Shown here in pieces: positions 60,101-64,000 of a DNA stretch of 64,000 bases. Numbering within the stretch: the stretch's first letter is position 1; every line of letters starts with the position of its first letter. Origin of the DNA: the human T2T-CHM13v2.0 reference genome, Homo sapiens; NCBI RefSeq assembly GCF_009914755.1, contig NC_060938.1, one strand, 5' to 3'. Both the position numbers and the translations under genes were made by a program. The notes beneath the pieces were generated by a model. That model did no database searches. It was not told where the DNA came from and worked only from the letters and a program-made list of their open reading frames with translations.

Positions 60101-63011
60101 ACTGTCCACCCCAAATCAACAGGTATACATTCTTCTCAGCACCACGTCACACTTATTCTAAAATTGACCCATAATTGGAAGTAAAACACTCCTCAGCAAT
60201 TGCAAAAGAACGGATATCATAACAAATAGTCTCTCAGATCACAGTGCAATCAAATTAGAACTCAGGATTAAGAAACTCACTCAAAACCACACAACTACAT
60301 GGAAACTAAACAACCTGCTCCTGAATGACTACTGGGTAAATAACCAAATTAAGGGAGAAATAAATAGTTCTTTGAAACCAATGAGAACAAAGACACAATG
60401 TACCAGTTGAATTCTACCAGAGGTCCAAAGAGGAGCTGGTACTATTCCTTCTAAAACTATTCCAAACACTAGAAAGAGAGAGACTCCTCCTTAACTCATG
60501 TTATGAGACCAGCATCATCCTGATATCAAAACCTGGCAGAGACACAACAAAAAATGAAAATTTCAGGCCAATATCCCTGATGAACATTGATGCAAAAATA
60601 CTCAATAAAATACTGGCAAACTGAATCCAGCAGCACATCAAAAAGCTTATGTACCATGATCAAGTTGGGTTCATCCCTGGGATGCAAGGCTGGTTCAACA
60701 TATGCAAATCGGAAAATGTAATCCATCATATAAATAGAACCAATTACAAAAACCACATGATTATCTCGACAGATGGAGAAAAGGTCTTCATTAAAATTCA
60801 ACTGCCCATCATGCTAAAAACTCTCAATAAACTAGGTATTGATGGAACATATCTCAAAATAATAAGAGCTATTTAGGACAAACCCACAGCCAATATCATA
60901 TTGATTGGGCAAAAACTGGAAGTATTCCCTTTGAAAACTAGCACAAGACAAAAATGTTCTCTCTCACCACTCCTATTCAACATAGTACTGGAAGTTCTGG
61001 CCAGGACAATCAGGCAAGAGGAAGAAATAAAGTATATTTAAAGAGGAAGAGAGGAAGTCAAATTGTCTGTTTGCAGATGACATGATTGTATATTTAGAAA
61101 GCCCCATCATCTCAGCCCAAAATCTCCTTAAGCTGATAAGCAACTTCAGCAAAATCTCAGGATACAAAATCAATGTGCAAAAATCACAAGCATTCCTATA
61201 CACCAATAATAGACAAACAGAAAGCCAAATCATGAGTGAATTCCCATTCACAATTGTTACAAAGAGAATAAAATACCTATGAATACAACTTACAAGGGAT
61301 GTGAAGGACCTCTTCAAGGAGAACTACAAACCACTGTTCAAGGAAATAAGAGAGGACACAAGCAAATGGAAAAACATTCCATGCTCATGGATAGGAAGAA
61401 TCAATATCGTGAAAATGGCCATACTGCCCAAAGTAATTTATAGATTCAATGCTATCCCCATCAAGCTACCACTGACTTTCTTCACAGAATTAGAAAAAAC
61501 TACTTTAAATTTCATATGGAACCAAAAAAGATCCTGTATAGCCAAGACAATCCTAAGCAAAAAGAACAAAGCTGGAGGCATCACACTACCTGACCTCGAA
61601 CTATACTACAAGGCCACAGTAACCAAAAGAGCATACTTCTGATACCAAAACAGACATAGAACAATAGAACAGAACAGAGGCCTCAGAAATAACACCACAC
61701 ATCTACAACCATCTGATCTCTGAAAAACCTAAAAACAAGCAATGGGGAAAGGATTTCCTATTTAATAAATGGTGTTGGGAAAACTGGCTAGCCATATGCA
61801 GAAAACTGAAACTGGACCCCTTCTTCACACCTTATACAAAAATTAACTCAAGATGGATTAAAGACTTAAATGTAAGATCTAAAACCACAAAAACCCTAGA
61901 AGAAAACCTAGGCAATACCATTTAGAACATAGGCCTGGGCAAAGACTGCATGACTAAAACATCAAAAGCAATGGCAACAAAAGCCAAAATTGAGAAATGG
62001 GATCTAATTAAACTAAAGAGCTTCTGCACAGAAAAAGAAATTATCATCAGAGTGAACAGACAACCTACAGAATGGGAGAAAATCTTCATAATCTATCCAT
62101 CTGACAGAGGGCTAATATCCAGAATCTACACGGAACTTAAACAAATTTACAAGAAATAAACAACCCCATCAAAAAGTGGGCAAAAGATATGAACAGACAC
62201 TTCTCAAAAGAAGACCTTTACGTGGCCAACAAACATATGAAAAAAGCTTATCATCACTGGTCATTAGAGAAATGCAAATCAAAACCACAATGAGATATCA
62301 TCTCATGCCAGTTAGAGTGGTGATCATTAAAAAGTCAGGAAACAACAGATGCTGGAGAAGATGTGGAGAAATAAGAGCATGTTTACACTGTTGATGGGAG
62401 TGTAAATTAGTTAAATCATTGTGGAAGACAGTGTGGCGATTCCTCAAGGATGTAGAACCAGAAATACCATTTGACCTAGCAATCCCATTAGTCGGTAAAT
62501 ACCCAAAGGATTATGAATCATTCTGCTATAAAAACACATGCACACATATGTTTACTGCAGCACTGTTCACCATAGCAAAGACTTGCAACTAACCCAAATG
62601 CCCATCAATGATAGACTGGATAAAGAAAATGTGGCAAATATACACCATGGAACACTATGCAGCCTTACAAAAGGATGAGTTCATGTCCTCTGCAGTGACA
62701 TGGATGAAGCTGGAAACCATCATTCTCAGCAAACTAAGACATGAACAGAAAGCCAAACACCACATGTTCTCACTCATAATTGGGAGTTGTACAATGAGAA
62801 CACATGGACACATGGAGGGGAACATCACACACCAGGACCTGTTGGGGGATGGAGGGCTAGGGGAGGGATAGCATTAGGAGAAATACTTAATGTAGATGAC
62901 AGGTTGATGGGTGCAGCAAACCACCATGTCACGTGTATACCTATGTAACAAACCTGCATATTCTGCACATGTATCCCAGAACTTAAAGTATAATAGTAAT
63001 AAAATAAAAAA
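57143..63011 (+). mobile_element. Full-length-type inactive L1 (L1PA7-like) with an internal ORF2 deletion of about 0.58 kb
   Basis: 5' UTR aagatggccaaataggaacagctc (YY1 site), ORF1 remnant about 58483-59495, ORF2 from 59558, 3' UTR and A tail. TSD aactgctgtgtgg (57130-57142) / aagtgctgtgtgg (63012-63024). Confidence 0.94.
59558..62680 (+). pseudogene. Disrupted L1 ORF2p
   Basis: MTGSNSHITMLTLNVNGLN..., RT and C-terminal fragments in several frames with stops; deletion at 60406. Confidence 0.9.
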
Positions 63012-63769
63012 AAGTGCTGTGTGGTTAGAGAGAGATCTATATGCCTGTATTATTTAGGAAAACTGTTAAAAATGCTCAAACAATCAGGGAGTAAATATCA
63101 CTGTTAAGAAGGAGAAAAGGGAGGACTCAAAAATGTTGCCTGTTATAAGGTCAATTTTAGCCCTGAATCTGGATGTTTACATGTATGTGAGTGTGTATAG
63201 AGATCCATTTTTGCAGAAGGCCAATAAACTTTAAAGACTGATAAGATAACAAAAAAATCCTGTGTTGATTTTGGGGATTGAATATGAGCCAGAAGGAAAT
63301 ATCTGGTGAAGAGGAGAGGTCAGCACTCATGGAGCTAGATGTTCGCTGGGGCTAGGATTAGTGAATAAGTTACTTCGGAAATTACATACACAGATGTTTC
63401 CTGCCTAAATGGTGACCTAATATGTGATGCTGGCTCCTTCCTCTGAACCAACCCCAAAGTTGTCATATAAACAAGTTGGATGCATCTAATAACACAGCAT
63501 AAAACCCCCACAAAAGGTAAAAAGATACTGGTGAGGCAGACGGTGATTGGGTCTCAGGGTATGTAATGATGGGGCAGGGGTGGGGGCAGTGAGTGTGAAG
63601 AGGGGTAGAGGATCTGGTGCCAAGATTGGGAACAGACTACAGAAAAGAGTTTTCTGGTTATATCTTGATCATTCTCTCACATTGCTACAAGCAGAAAATT
63701 TCTTGCCAGGCAGAAAAACAGCCCTGCTGGCTTAGCAGCAGCTAGAAGCATCAGGGTAACGTCAGAGCA

Positions 63770-63862
63770 GTGTTAGAGCCCACCTGGGTGGAGAGCAGAT
63801 AAAACTGGGTCAGGCAGAAGTCCTGATGCCTTCAGCACCCATGCTCTTAATCTTTATACTAT
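63770..63862 (-). mobile_element. Possible MIR fragment
   Basis: gagcagataaaactgggtcaggcagaagtcctgat...catgctcttaatctttatactat resembles a reversed MIR 5' part. Confidence 0.45.
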
Positions 63863-64000
63863 GGAATGCGAAGGGCTGGAGAAAGAGGGACCCTCTCTCA
63901 TATACTCACTATCAGCCAAGGCAGTTGATATTCTCAGGTCCCTCTTCTCCAGCCCTCCCCACTCTGTAGTATAGAGATTAAGAACATGGGCTCTGAAGCT

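Overview
This is CpG-depleted, repeat-dense primate genomic DNA, most likely human or another hominoid given AluY, L1PA3-like and THE1 elements. It looks intergenic or deep-intronic. I recognise no host protein-coding exon, RNA gene, CpG island or CRISPR-like array. Every ORF in the track with recognisable homology is a LINE-1 ORF1p/ORF2p remnant; the others are Alu, THE1 or microsatellite read-through, or chance ORFs. By my rough count about 45% of the window is L1. That includes two full-length but dead copies (L1PA8A-like 15246-21632 and L1PA7-like 57143-63011), three L1s with twin-priming 5' inversions, and several old L1M fragments. The window also has a complete THE1 provirus nested in an L1MA, solo LTRs (MLT1, MLT2, MER21, MER4, MST), three Alus, a FLAM, and L2, MIR and MER5A relics. 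One unique segment carries an excellent CTCF motif (24087-24105). The most unusual signal is a cluster of three neighbouring L1PA copies (39.5-54.2 kb) that appear to belong to different subfamilies yet share a patchwork of non-consensus substitutions. This points to repeated local gene conversion between them. I found no evidence of a new gene system. Subfamily names come from recalled consensus features and need RepeatMasker/Dfam confirmation.
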